A DNA stretch of 64,000 bases from Crocinitomicaceae bacterium (GTDB lineage: Bacteria; Bacteroidota; Bacteroidia; Flavobacteriales_D; Crocinitomicaceae), in NCBI GenBank assembly GCA_044347515.1, contig JBIKUO010000003.1, positions 40,558 through 104,557 of the forward strand, read 5' to 3'. Under the pieces are notes generated by a model that did not search any database, was not told the DNA's origin, and saw only the letters and a program-made list of their open reading frames with translations. A program made the position numbers and the translations under genes. The stretch's first letter is position 1. Each line of letters begins with the position of its first letter. Shown here piece after piece: positions 1-8,137 of this stretch.

Positions 1-50
1 CCTGGCCGAGTTTGTTAAAATTTTTGCAAACCAATTCAACGTTGGAATCC

Positions 51-1241
51 ATGAATAAACACTCCTTGAACATCCTTTTGATTGCCTCATGGTATCCATC
101 CAAGGATAATCCAACAGCCGGCAGTTTTGTGCAAGAACAAGCGCATATGTTGAGAGATTTTGGACATCAAGTCACAGTGATTCATCCGTTTATGCTCGGA
201 ACCTTTGCGAATGCGATTACTAAACAATCCTATCAGACCTTTTCTGATGAGGATGGTATTCGTGTGTTACGTGTTGGTGTGGCTCCACCAATGCCTTTTT
301 TCCGCGGAATCTCTTATGCATATTGTTTTCAACGGGTGCGCATTGCAATGAAAAAGTTTCAACTAGACCCAAAGGATTTTAAAATTATCCACAGTCATGC
401 AATGTTTATGGGGGGTGTCATTGGGCATAAGCTCTTTAAAGAAAACAACCTTCCACAGGTTCATACAGAACACACCTCCGGACTTATCTTTAACCCAAAA
501 CAATACACTAAAAAAGACATCGCTATTACCCGAAAGGCTTATTCGCATTGTCATAAGGTGCTGTTCGTAAGTGATTTTGCTTTGAAACACACCTTGGCTA
601 ACATTGCATTGAAGTCTAAAGATGCCTTTGTGGTTCTTCCAAATATCGTGGATTCTTCGTTCTTTTCTTGCCCCATAGGTTCTATTTCCAAATCAAGCTC
701 CTTTAGGTTCTTGGTTATTGGAAGTTTTATTCCCATTAAAAATCACCAACTATTACTTGAGGCGTTTGGACTTGTGCAAAAGGAATTTCCAACCGTCGGA
801 CTTTCAATTGCTGGTAATGGGCCTTTGGAAAATCATCTTCGCGCACTGTGTGAATCCCTGAACTTGGAAAACGTACATTGGTTGCCAATACTGAATCGGG
901 CAGAGGTAAAAGAACAAATGTCAGCACATCATGTGATTCTTTCAACGAGTAAAGTAGAAACCTTCGGATTAACCATAGCTGAAGCGCAAGCGATGGGGAA
1001 ACCCGTGGTTGTTACAGATTCGGGAGGGGTAAGGGATATCGTTACCCAAGAAACAGGTATAGTAACAGAATGTAGTCCAGAGGCCTTCGCTAAGGGGTTG
1101 ATTCATATGATTCAATCGTTGGATAGCTATGATCCGGAAACAATCCGTGAGACAGCAAAAAGTCGTTTTGCAGCAGAGGTTATTATGAATCAATTGAATG
1201 AAATCTATCGGCAACTACACGATGGGAATTTGTACCTTTGA
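51..1241 (+). CDS. Glycosyltransferase, GT-B fold (family 4-like), surface polysaccharide locus
   Basis: ORF 12..1241 opens on TTG. The first ATG at 51 gives MNKHSLNILLIASWYPSKDNPTAGSFV, a typical GT4 N-terminus. ETFGLTIAEAQAMGKPVVVTDSGG resembles the GT-B donor-binding E-x7-E region. Confidence 0.8.
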   Translation: MNKHSLNILLIASWYPSKDNPTAGSFVQEQAHMLRDFGHQVTVIHPFMLGTFANAITKQSYQTFSDEDGIRVLRVGVAPPMPFFRGISYAYCFQRVRIAMKKFQLDPKDFKIIHSHAMFMGGVIGHKLFKENNLPQVHTEHTSGLIFNPKQYTKKDIAITRKAYSHCHKVLFVSDFALKHTLANIALKSKDAFVVLPNIVDSSFFSCPIGSISKSSSFRFLVIGSFIPIKNHQLLLEAFGLVQKEFPTVGLSIAGNGPLENHLRALCESLNLENVHWLPILNRAEVKEQMSAHHVILSTSKVETFGLTIAEAQAMGKPVVVTDSGGVRDIVTQETGIVTECSPEAFAKGLIHMIQSLDSYDPETIRETAKSRFAAEVIMNQLNEIYRQLHDGNLYL

Positions 1242-1244
1242 TTC

Positions 1245-2582
1245 ATGATCCGCGTCTTAATCCTTGCCTACGATTTTCCGCCTTACGTTTCAGTAGGTGG
1301 CTTACGTCCGCATAGTTGGTTTAAGTATTTCAAGGAGTTTGATGTAGAGCCCATCGTTATTACTCGACAGTGGGGGAATACTTATGGAAATCATCTGGAT
1401 TTTATTGCCCAAGGTTGGAGTAAAGAGTGTGTGTTTGAGGAGTCACCTCAGGGGGTCATCATTCGTACCCCATACGCTCCAAACTTAAGCAATCGGCTCT
1501 TACTTCGATTCGGGGAGAAACGGTTTAAATGGATAAGGAAAGTGATTTCAGCATACTTTGAAGTGCTGCAATTTTTTTTGGCGGTTGGACCGAAAAAAGA
1601 GATTTACAACGCTGCAAAATCCTATTTATCGCAACATAAGGTTGATGTGATCATTGCCACAGGCGAGCCGTTTGTTTTGTTTCACTATGCTCGTAAATTA
1701 GGTACTACCTACCAAATCCCTTGGATTGCGGATTATCGGGACCCATGGACTCCGAATCTAAAAAATGAAAATTTGCTCATTAAACAATTTTATTCCATTT
1801 TAGAAAATAGGATTTCGTCAAAAGCCAAGTTAATTACCACGGTTTCTTCCTTTTTTGAGAACCAAATTCAAAAACAGGTTCCAAATGGTAAGTTTTCGAT
1901 TATACCAAACGGTTTCGACGAACAGTCTATGCAGCAAATTGAAGGCATAGAACAAGATAGTGAAATGCTTCGCATAGGCTTTGTCGGCACCATTCATGAG
2001 TGGCATCCCTTAAGGGGTATACTTGAAACCTTGAATCGATGGATTACTAAATTTCCAGATCGAAAAATAGAGCTTCACTTTCACGGAACAAACAAAAATA
2101 AGTTCATTTCAGAGTTAGTAAAAAATCAATATCCAAGGTTAAAGGAATTTGTATTCACCCATCCTAAATTACCCAACCAACAGTTGTTAGAAAAACTAGC
2201 AAGATACAATGTCCTATTGCTTTTTAACTATTATGCCTACATGGGAACAAAAATATACGATTACCTTGGACTCAAACGTAAGATTTTATTTTGCTTTACG
2301 GACGATCCAGAATCAATAGAGCTAAAAAATCAGTTCTATCCATTGGATGTAAATGGTGCATCAGAGTCGCTGCAAAAAGAACTGATTATAAAGTCTAATG
2401 CTGGAATATTAATATCCAATACTGATGATTTAATTCAAGTCTTAAACGCGTTATACCAAGAACACAAAGAAACCGGTGCAATTAAATGCCATTCATTTGG
2501 TGTGGAAAAATTTTCTCGAAGAATTCAAGCGGAGCGTATAGCAAGCCAAATAAAATCTATCGTATCCCAATCAAAACGATGA
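1245..2582 (+). CDS. Glycosyltransferase-like protein (GT-B/GT4-like N-terminal domain)
   Basis: 445-aa ORF starting 3 nt after the upstream stop. MIRVLILAYDFPPYVSVGGLRP resembles a GT4-like N-terminus. Sits in a polysaccharide gene context. Confidence 0.6.
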   Translation: MIRVLILAYDFPPYVSVGGLRPHSWFKYFKEFDVEPIVITRQWGNTYGNHLDFIAQGWSKECVFEESPQGVIIRTPYAPNLSNRLLLRFGEKRFKWIRKVISAYFEVLQFFLAVGPKKEIYNAAKSYLSQHKVDVIIATGEPFVLFHYARKLGTTYQIPWIADYRDPWTPNLKNENLLIKQFYSILENRISSKAKLITTVSSFFENQIQKQVPNGKFSIIPNGFDEQSMQQIEGIEQDSEMLRIGFVGTIHEWHPLRGILETLNRWITKFPDRKIELHFHGTNKNKFISELVKNQYPRLKEFVFTHPKLPNQQLLEKLARYNVLLLFNYYAYMGTKIYDYLGLKRKILFCFTDDPESIELKNQFYPLDVNGASESLQKELIIKSNAGILISNTDDLIQVLNALYQEHKETGAIKCHSFGVEKFSRRIQAERIASQIKSIVSQSKR

Positions 2583-3214
2583 ACAGAAAGCTCGTAATTG
2601 TTGATTATGGAATGGGGAATCTTCACTCGCTTAAACGAATGGTGTCGTACAATGACATTCCCGTGACCATTAGTAACAAGGCATCAGAACTGTTAACAGC
2701 AACACATATTATCCTTCCCGGGGTCGGTCATTTTGGTCAAGCAATGGAGCAACTTAAACGAAATGACTTAATCGAGGTATTAAATCACCTTGCCTTAGAA
2801 GAAAAAAGAGCATTTCTTGGAATTTGTCTTGGAATGCAGCTGATGACTTCTTTTAGTGAAGAAGGGGATTGTGAAGGCTTAGGTTGGTTTCAATGCAAAA
2901 CGGTCAATCTACAAGTTCATACAACGCATCAAATTAAAATTCCACATTTGGGATGGAATACCCTCCGAATAAAAAATGACAATAAAATCCTTACGGATAT
3001 TTCTCCTTTAGATGAAATGTATTTTGTACATGGTTTTGGGGTTGTTGAAGCGATAGAAGAACAGGTGTTATGTATGACAAACTATGGGGTTGAATTTGTT
3101 TCTGGTTTATGCAAAAACAATTTAGTTGGACTTCAATTTCATCCCGAAAAAAGTCATGAAAATGGTCAGCGTATTCTTTCAAATTTTATAAAATCATGTA
3201 TCGACCACGAGTAA
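2579..3214 (+). CDS. hisH: HisH-type class I glutamine amidotransferase; polysaccharide-locus paralog (WbuY-like), not histidine biosynthesis
   Basis: ATG at 2579 overlaps the upstream stop (ATGA). N-terminus is MNRKLVIVDYGMGNLHS. The catalytic Cys box LGICLGMQL and the LQFHPEKS His/Glu box are present. Confidence 0.85.
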   Translation: MNRKLVIVDYGMGNLHSLKRMVSYNDIPVTISNKASELLTATHIILPGVGHFGQAMEQLKRNDLIEVLNHLALEEKRAFLGICLGMQLMTSFSEEGDCEGLGWFQCKTVNLQVHTTHQIKIPHLGWNTLRIKNDNKILTDISPLDEMYFVHGFGVVEAIEEQVLCMTNYGVEFVSGLCKNNLVGLQFHPEKSHENGQRILSNFIKSCIDHE

Positions 3215-3954
3215 TTCCCTGTTTATTATTACAAGGTCACGGGCTTGTTAAAACAAAAAGATTTTCATCGCCTACGTATATAGGCGACCCTATGCATGCG
3301 GTGCACTTATTCAATGAGTACAAAGCAGATGAGTTGATATTTTTGGATATAAATGCAAGCGTTGAAAATCGGTGCATCTCCATAGATTTGGTAAGGGAAA
3401 TTGGAGAGGAGGCCAACATGCCATTTTCCGTCGGTGGTGGCGTCACGACCTTGTATCAAATTCAACAGCTGTTAGAGGCAGGAGCAGAACGTGTTGTATT
3501 AGGTAGTGTGGCAGCAAGAAACCCTGCCTTTGTTCGCGAAGCCAGTAACCGTTTTGGAAAGTCAAGCATTGTAGTTTGTGTAGATATTAAACGCTCTTGG
3601 TTAGGTAAAAATGGTGTTGTGTTTGGCAACGGTAAACAGGCTGTTAAAGTAAATCTCATTGAATACGTCAAAATGATGGAAACGAATGGGGCCGGGGAAT
3701 TAATTATACAGTCTGTTGATCGCGATGGGACGTATCACGGCCTGGATCAAGAGGTGTTGTATGAAATCTCGAATGAACTAAGCATTCCTATAACAGGTAT
3801 TGGTGGTCTTAGTTCCCTGAATGAAATAAGATCAGTTCACAACACCTTGAAACTGAATGGCTACGGTGCAGGCAGTTTGTTCGTGTTTCAATCAAAAAAT
3901 CAAGGCGTGCTTGTGAATTATCCTTCTCGAGTAGAGTTGCAATCTTTATTTTGA
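3196..3954 (+). CDS. hisF: HisF-type cyclase subunit paralog (WbuZ/AglZ-like acetamidino modification protein)
   Basis: 252 aa with (beta/alpha)8 HisF-like motifs: RVIPCLLL, DELIFLDI, SVGGGV, ELIIQSVDRDGT, GIGGL. Overlaps the end of the hisH-like gene. Confidence 0.85.
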   Translation: MYRPRVIPCLLLQGHGLVKTKRFSSPTYIGDPMHAVHLFNEYKADELIFLDINASVENRCISIDLVREIGEEANMPFSVGGGVTTLYQIQQLLEAGAERVVLGSVAARNPAFVREASNRFGKSSIVVCVDIKRSWLGKNGVVFGNGKQAVKVNLIEYVKMMETNGAGELIIQSVDRDGTYHGLDQEVLYEISNELSIPITGIGGLSSLNEIRSVHNTLKLNGYGAGSLFVFQSKNQGVLVNYPSRVELQSLF

Positions 3955-3995
3955 ACCAATTGGTTATTTGTGTATTTAAATAGCAATATGGATTG

Positions 3996-4003
3996 TATCT
4001 TTG
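3996..4003 (+). promoter_or_regulatory. Bacteroidota -7 promoter box (TATCTTTG), 7 nt before ATG 4011
   Basis: Exact TAnnTTTG match in the gap after the hisF-like gene. Confidence 0.45.
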
Positions 4004-4010
4004 CACGATA

Positions 4011-5150
4011 ATGCAATCAGAAACAGTTTTTTATCAATTATGTAACCGATGTGTAATGGATACAAGCGATCCAGGCATTACGTTTGATTCCTTTGGAAAC
4101 TGTAATCATTGTACAGAGTTTATAACCAAACGTGCACATTTTAGTTATCAAGGTGAAGTAAGTGATAACATGCTATCTGACTTGATTCAATCAATAAAGG
4201 CAGCGGGCCATAATAGGAACTATGACTGCATTGTTGGATTAAGTGGGGGTGTAGATTCATCTTATACAGCATGGAAGGCCAAGGAAATGGGATTGCGCGT
4301 GTTAGGGGTTCACTTAGATAATGGTTGGAATTCTATAGAAGCGAACCAAAATATCCGAAACATAGCAACGAAACTAAATATTGACTACGAATGTGTTGTG
4401 TTGGATTGGCAAGAGTTTAAGGAGATTCAAGCGGCATTTCTACGAGCCAGTATTCCAGAAGCGGATACACCAACAGATATTGCCATACTTGCCGTTTTAC
4501 ATAAAATGGCAGCGAAACATGGAGTTAAGTATATATTGAGTGGAGGCAATTTTGCAACAGAGGGGATATTGCCGAAGTATTGGCATTATAATGCAAAAGA
4601 CTTAAGGTATTTTAAGCATATCTGTTCTAATTTTGGTCCAGTTAAGCTTCGTTCTTTTCCCACCTTCGGGTTCGTTAAGGAGGCCTACTATAAGTTGTTC
4701 AAGGGGATAAAAATGATATATTTCTTGAATTACTTGCCGTTTGATAAAACGGAGAGCATCAGTTTACTTAAAGAAAAACTCGATTGGAAGGAGTATGGAG
4801 GTAAACATTATGAATCGAAATACACCGGATTTATACAATCCTATTATTTATATAATAAATTCAATATTGATTATCGCCGAGCCACATTATCCTCTCAGAT
4901 ATGCGCAGGTTCCATCCGAAGGGAAGCTGCCTTAGAGATTCTGAAAAATAAGCCCTACATGGAGGATCGTGCATCAACAGAAATGAAGTATATTGCTAAG
5001 AAACTTGATTTTACAGACGAAAAATTTAATGACTTACTACGGGATAAACGGCGTTGGTATACCAGCTTTCCGAACGATGAAAAACGATTAAATTGGATTT
5101 ATAACTTGTACAGAAAGCTGTTTAAAAAAGAAAAATTAGCGAGTTTTTAG
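4011..5150 (+). CDS. N-acetyl sugar amidotransferase (PP-loop ATP pyrophosphatase; WbuX/LfnA/PseA-like)
   Basis: PP-loop motif GLSGGVDSS and an N-terminal Cys cluster CNRC...CNHC. A TATCTTTG box at 3996..4003 favours ATG 4011 over 3993. Confidence 0.8.
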   Translation: MQSETVFYQLCNRCVMDTSDPGITFDSFGNCNHCTEFITKRAHFSYQGEVSDNMLSDLIQSIKAAGHNRNYDCIVGLSGGVDSSYTAWKAKEMGLRVLGVHLDNGWNSIEANQNIRNIATKLNIDYECVVLDWQEFKEIQAAFLRASIPEADTPTDIAILAVLHKMAAKHGVKYILSGGNFATEGILPKYWHYNAKDLRYFKHICSNFGPVKLRSFPTFGFVKEAYYKLFKGIKMIYFLNYLPFDKTESISLLKEKLDWKEYGGKHYESKYTGFIQSYYLYNKFNIDYRRATLSSQICAGSIRREAALEILKNKPYMEDRASTEMKYIAKKLDFTDEKFNDLLRDKRRWYTSFPNDEKRLNWIYNLYRKLFKKEKLASF

Positions 5151-5211
5151 AATACCCAAAATAAATCAGTCAAGAATCTCTTGCATATGATAATTTAACA
5201 AATTTATCACC

Positions 5212-5219
5212 TACTTTTG
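5212..5219 (+). promoter_or_regulatory. Bacteroidota -7 promoter box (TACTTTTG), 5 nt before ATG 5225
   Basis: Exact TAnnTTTG match. Confidence 0.45.
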
Positions 5220-5224
5220 CTTTA

Positions 5225-7381
5225 ATGAATTACTTCTTAGAGCATCTCCTTTCAGAATTTCAATTCCCACTTACTAATCCTGTATTGGTTTTCTCTTTGA
5301 TGCTGTTCATTATTCTTTTGTCACCGATACTCTTGCGTCGGATTAGAATACCAGGTATCATTGGATTGATATTATCAGGGATTATTATTGGTCCGAAGGG
5401 CTTAGGAGTTATTGGTGAAAATTCATTGGCTGCGGAAGGTTGGATTAAGCTGTTTTCTACTATCGGATTACTTTATATCATGTTCATGGCAGGGCTCGAG
5501 CTTGATTTGAATCAGTTTCGACGGTACTATAAAAAAAGTGTATTTTTCGGCTTATTTACCTTTTTTATTCCAATTCTACTTGGATATCCACTTTGTTATT
5601 ACGGTTTGCACCTTTCCCCACTGGCGAGTTTACTTACCTCAAGTATGTTTGCTACACATACCTTGGTAGCCTATCCAATCATGAGTAAGTTCGGGCTTTC
5701 TAAGCATAGTTCGGTAGCGATTACGGTTGGCGGAACTATTCTAACGGATACTGCAGTATTGATTATTTTGGCAATAATTTCAAGTGCATCTAAAGGACAG
5801 TTAGATGTGACTTTTTGGGTTCGATTACTCACTTCTTTAGCCTTCTTTTCTATCATTATGTTTATTGTAGTGCCGCGCATTACACGATGGTTTTTAAAAA
5901 AGTTGGATAGTGAAAAATCATCTCAGTATATCTTTGTGCTATCCGTTGTGTTCTTTTCTGCATTTTTAGCCGAAGTAGCAGGGGTTGAACACATCATTGG
6001 TGCCTTCGTCGCGGGGTTGGTTCTAAATCGGTTTATTCCGCATAATTCGGTACTAATGAATCGAATCGATTTCATTGGTAATTCACTCTTCATTCCCAGT
6101 TTCTTGATTTTTGTTGGAATGGTGGTTGATTACCGCGCACTTTTTCAAGGATCTTGGCCCTTAATAATAGCCGCTGTATTAACAACGTTTGCCATTTTCA
6201 GTAAATGGTTGGCAGCCCTGGCTACGCAGCTTTTATTTAAGATGTCCAAGGTAGAGAGAAAAGTTATTTTTGGTTTAAGTACATCTCACGCAGCGGCTAC
6301 CTTGGCCATTATTATGGTTGGATATCAGGATAATATTCTAAGTATAAACATAGTCAATGGAACCATTTTACTCATATTATTTACCTGTATGACGGCGTCT
6401 TTTGTTACCGAACACGCGGGAAAAGAACTGTTGATTCAAATTGCTGATCAGGGAGAAGATGAAATTTATGAAAGTAAACTTCGTAACAAGCATTTAGTTG
6501 TTGCGATGAATGAACTTTCCGGAAATGAAAAATTACTTGAATTTGCCTTACAAGTTTCTGATCCTAAAGTTATAAATCCAATTTCAATTGTCAGTGTGCT
6601 GCCAACCTCTAGCTTTGCTGAACGAATCATTCATAAATCGCGTAAAAATTTAGAAGAAATTGTTAAGCATTTTTCAGGGTACGAAACTAAATTAAATACC
6701 ATTGCAACCATCGATTTGAACATTTCATCCGGAATTTCAAGGGTGTCAAAAGAACTGTTTGCCGATGTAGTTATGGTAAATGATAGCAATAAGATCAATT
6801 TAATTAAACGAATTGTAGGAGATGATCGTGCCCACCTCATGGATTCATGCGACAAAACCATTTTTTTCTGTCAAGTAGAACGACCTTCAGTTAATTATGA
6901 GAAAATTGTCGTTGTAGCACCATTGTTGGCAGAATTGGAGCCTGCTTTTGTGTCATGGGTTGAACGTGTACTTCGATTAGCGCATGAACTTAAAATTCCC
7001 ATTGTTGCATATATGCATGCTCAAACGCATGAGCGTTTTGTGAAAGTGGCCGTAGCGAACAAAATTGATGCAAGTTATTCCTTCAAAGAACTTGAAGAAG
7101 TGGATGATTTCTTTCTTTATGCCACAAGAAATGATAATGATTTTGTTATGGTTGTGGGCGCAAGAACCGGTTCTGTTTCTTATTTCACGGAAGTGGATTC
7201 ATTCGTTGCGAAAGTACAGAAAGTCTATGAGGATAATGATTGGGTGCTTGTTATTCCTGGTCAAGAGAAAGAGAACTTATTTAAAGAATACGAGGATATT
7301 TCAGGAAATGCCATCGGTATCGGTGTGGATACATTAACCAAGATAGGTAAGGAAGTTGGTAGTATCTTTAAAAAGGACTAG
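5225..7381 (+). CDS. Cation:proton antiporter (CPA2/Kef-like) with long soluble C-terminal USP-like region
   Basis: 718 aa. The first ~400 aa are polytopic (about 12 hydrophobic helices, Na+/H+ exchanger-like). The last ~300 aa are soluble with two alpha/beta halves. Confidence 0.75.
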   Translation: MNYFLEHLLSEFQFPLTNPVLVFSLMLFIILLSPILLRRIRIPGIIGLILSGIIIGPKGLGVIGENSLAAEGWIKLFSTIGLLYIMFMAGLELDLNQFRRYYKKSVFFGLFTFFIPILLGYPLCYYGLHLSPLASLLTSSMFATHTLVAYPIMSKFGLSKHSSVAITVGGTILTDTAVLIILAIISSASKGQLDVTFWVRLLTSLAFFSIIMFIVVPRITRWFLKKLDSEKSSQYIFVLSVVFFSAFLAEVAGVEHIIGAFVAGLVLNRFIPHNSVLMNRIDFIGNSLFIPSFLIFVGMVVDYRALFQGSWPLIIAAVLTTFAIFSKWLAALATQLLFKMSKVERKVIFGLSTSHAAATLAIIMVGYQDNILSINIVNGTILLILFTCMTASFVTEHAGKELLIQIADQGEDEIYESKLRNKHLVVAMNELSGNEKLLEFALQVSDPKVINPISIVSVLPTSSFAERIIHKSRKNLEEIVKHFSGYETKLNTIATIDLNISSGISRVSKELFADVVMVNDSNKINLIKRIVGDDRAHLMDSCDKTIFFCQVERPSVNYEKIVVVAPLLAELEPAFVSWVERVLRLAHELKIPIVAYMHAQTHERFVKVAVANKIDASYSFKELEEVDDFFLYATRNDNDFVMVVGARTGSVSYFTEVDSFVAKVQKVYEDNDWVLVIPGQEKENLFKEYEDISGNAIGIGVDTLTKIGKEVGSIFKKD

Positions 7382-7452
7382 TTGAATATTGATTTAAATA
7401 AAGATAGTCAGCATCATCTAAACAGCCAACACTAGTACATTTAGCCTTCGGT

Positions 7453-8010
7453 TTATTTCCCTCTAGAACTCCCTGTCTTAATAACAGGTGCCTTTTTTGT
7501 CGCTGCAGGTTTTGCCGCTTTCGGCTCCTTAATTGCAGCTGTTTTTGCAGGTTTCTTAGTTGTTTCTGATTTCGCTTTCTTAGGCTCTTTTTCCTCTTTA
7601 ACTGGTTTATCAGCCGCTTCTGCTTCTTCTTTTTTCAATAGACCCTCTTTCAATAGTAAATTATACCATTGAAATACCTTGCGGATATCTGAAAGGTAAA
7701 CGCGATCAATATCATAATTTGGGAGAACTCCCTCAAATGTTTTTCTTAAAACAGCTTCTTCAACTTTATGGTTAATAGCCTCTTTTCCATCATTTTGACT
7801 AAGTATGGTCGAAAAAACATCCGTTAATTTAACATCTTCCTCATACGTGAATATGCTTATGTCTTCTATGGAACTTATCTTTTCCGATGCAAACGCAGGA
7901 AATCTTTTTTTGTCAATCAACGATTCTACAATCACATTGCTTTTACCTTGCGTAACGATTTTAAATAATCCTGGGCGACCAGAGATGGAAATGATTCCTT
8001 GTAAGTCCAT
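7453..8010 (-). CDS. DUF5606 domain protein with Lys/Ala/Pro-rich histone H1-like C-terminal tail
   Basis: The internal ATG (residue 22 of ORF 7453..8073) gives MDLQGIISISGRPGLFKIV, the usual DUF5606 N-terminus. A minus-strand TAATTTTG box lies at 8026..8033. The tail reads KPVKEEKEPKKAKSETTKKPAKTAAIKEPKAAKPAATKKAP. Confidence 0.7.
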   Translation of the reverse strand: MDLQGIISISGRPGLFKIVTQGKSNVIVESLIDKKRFPAFASEKISSIEDISIFTYEEDVKLTDVFSTILSQNDGKEAINHKVEEAVLRKTFEGVLPNYDIDRVYLSDIRKVFQWYNLLLKEGLLKKEEAEAADKPVKEEKEPKKAKSETTKKPAKTAAIKEPKAAKPAATKKAPVIKTGSSRGK

Positions 8011-8025
8011 ATATTTTATTTTGGC

Positions 8026-8033
8026 CAAAATTA
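8026..8033 (-). promoter_or_regulatory. Bacteroidota -7 promoter box (TAATTTTG) for the DUF5606 gene
   Basis: Exact TAnnTTTG match on the minus strand, 15 nt upstream of ATG 8010 and inside the longer ORF prediction. Confidence 0.45.
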
Positions 8034-8107
8034 GAAATTCTTTCGGATTTGACTCTATCATTTTTGGCTTCATTTTAAAATAATAGTAAGTTCCATTATA
8101 TTATGCC

Positions 8108-8115
8108 TACCTTTG
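8108..8115 (+). promoter_or_regulatory. Bacteroidota -7 promoter box (TACCTTTG) for the DEAD-box helicase/typA pair
   Basis: Exact TAnnTTTG match 22 nt upstream of ATG 8138. Confidence 0.45.
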
Positions 8116-8137
8116 CACCTAATTTTAGAAGAAATCA

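Noticed and set aside
2579-3954. Possible histidine biosynthesis genes hisH/hisF
   Set aside because: No other his genes are adjacent. Glycosyltransferases and a PP-loop sugar amidotransferase flank the pair, which fits the WbuY/WbuZ-type paralog context instead.
7065-7337. 90-aa ORF in another frame inside the antiporter gene
   Set aside because: It is fully embedded in a long continuous ORF with family-typical features and has no promoter or start signal.
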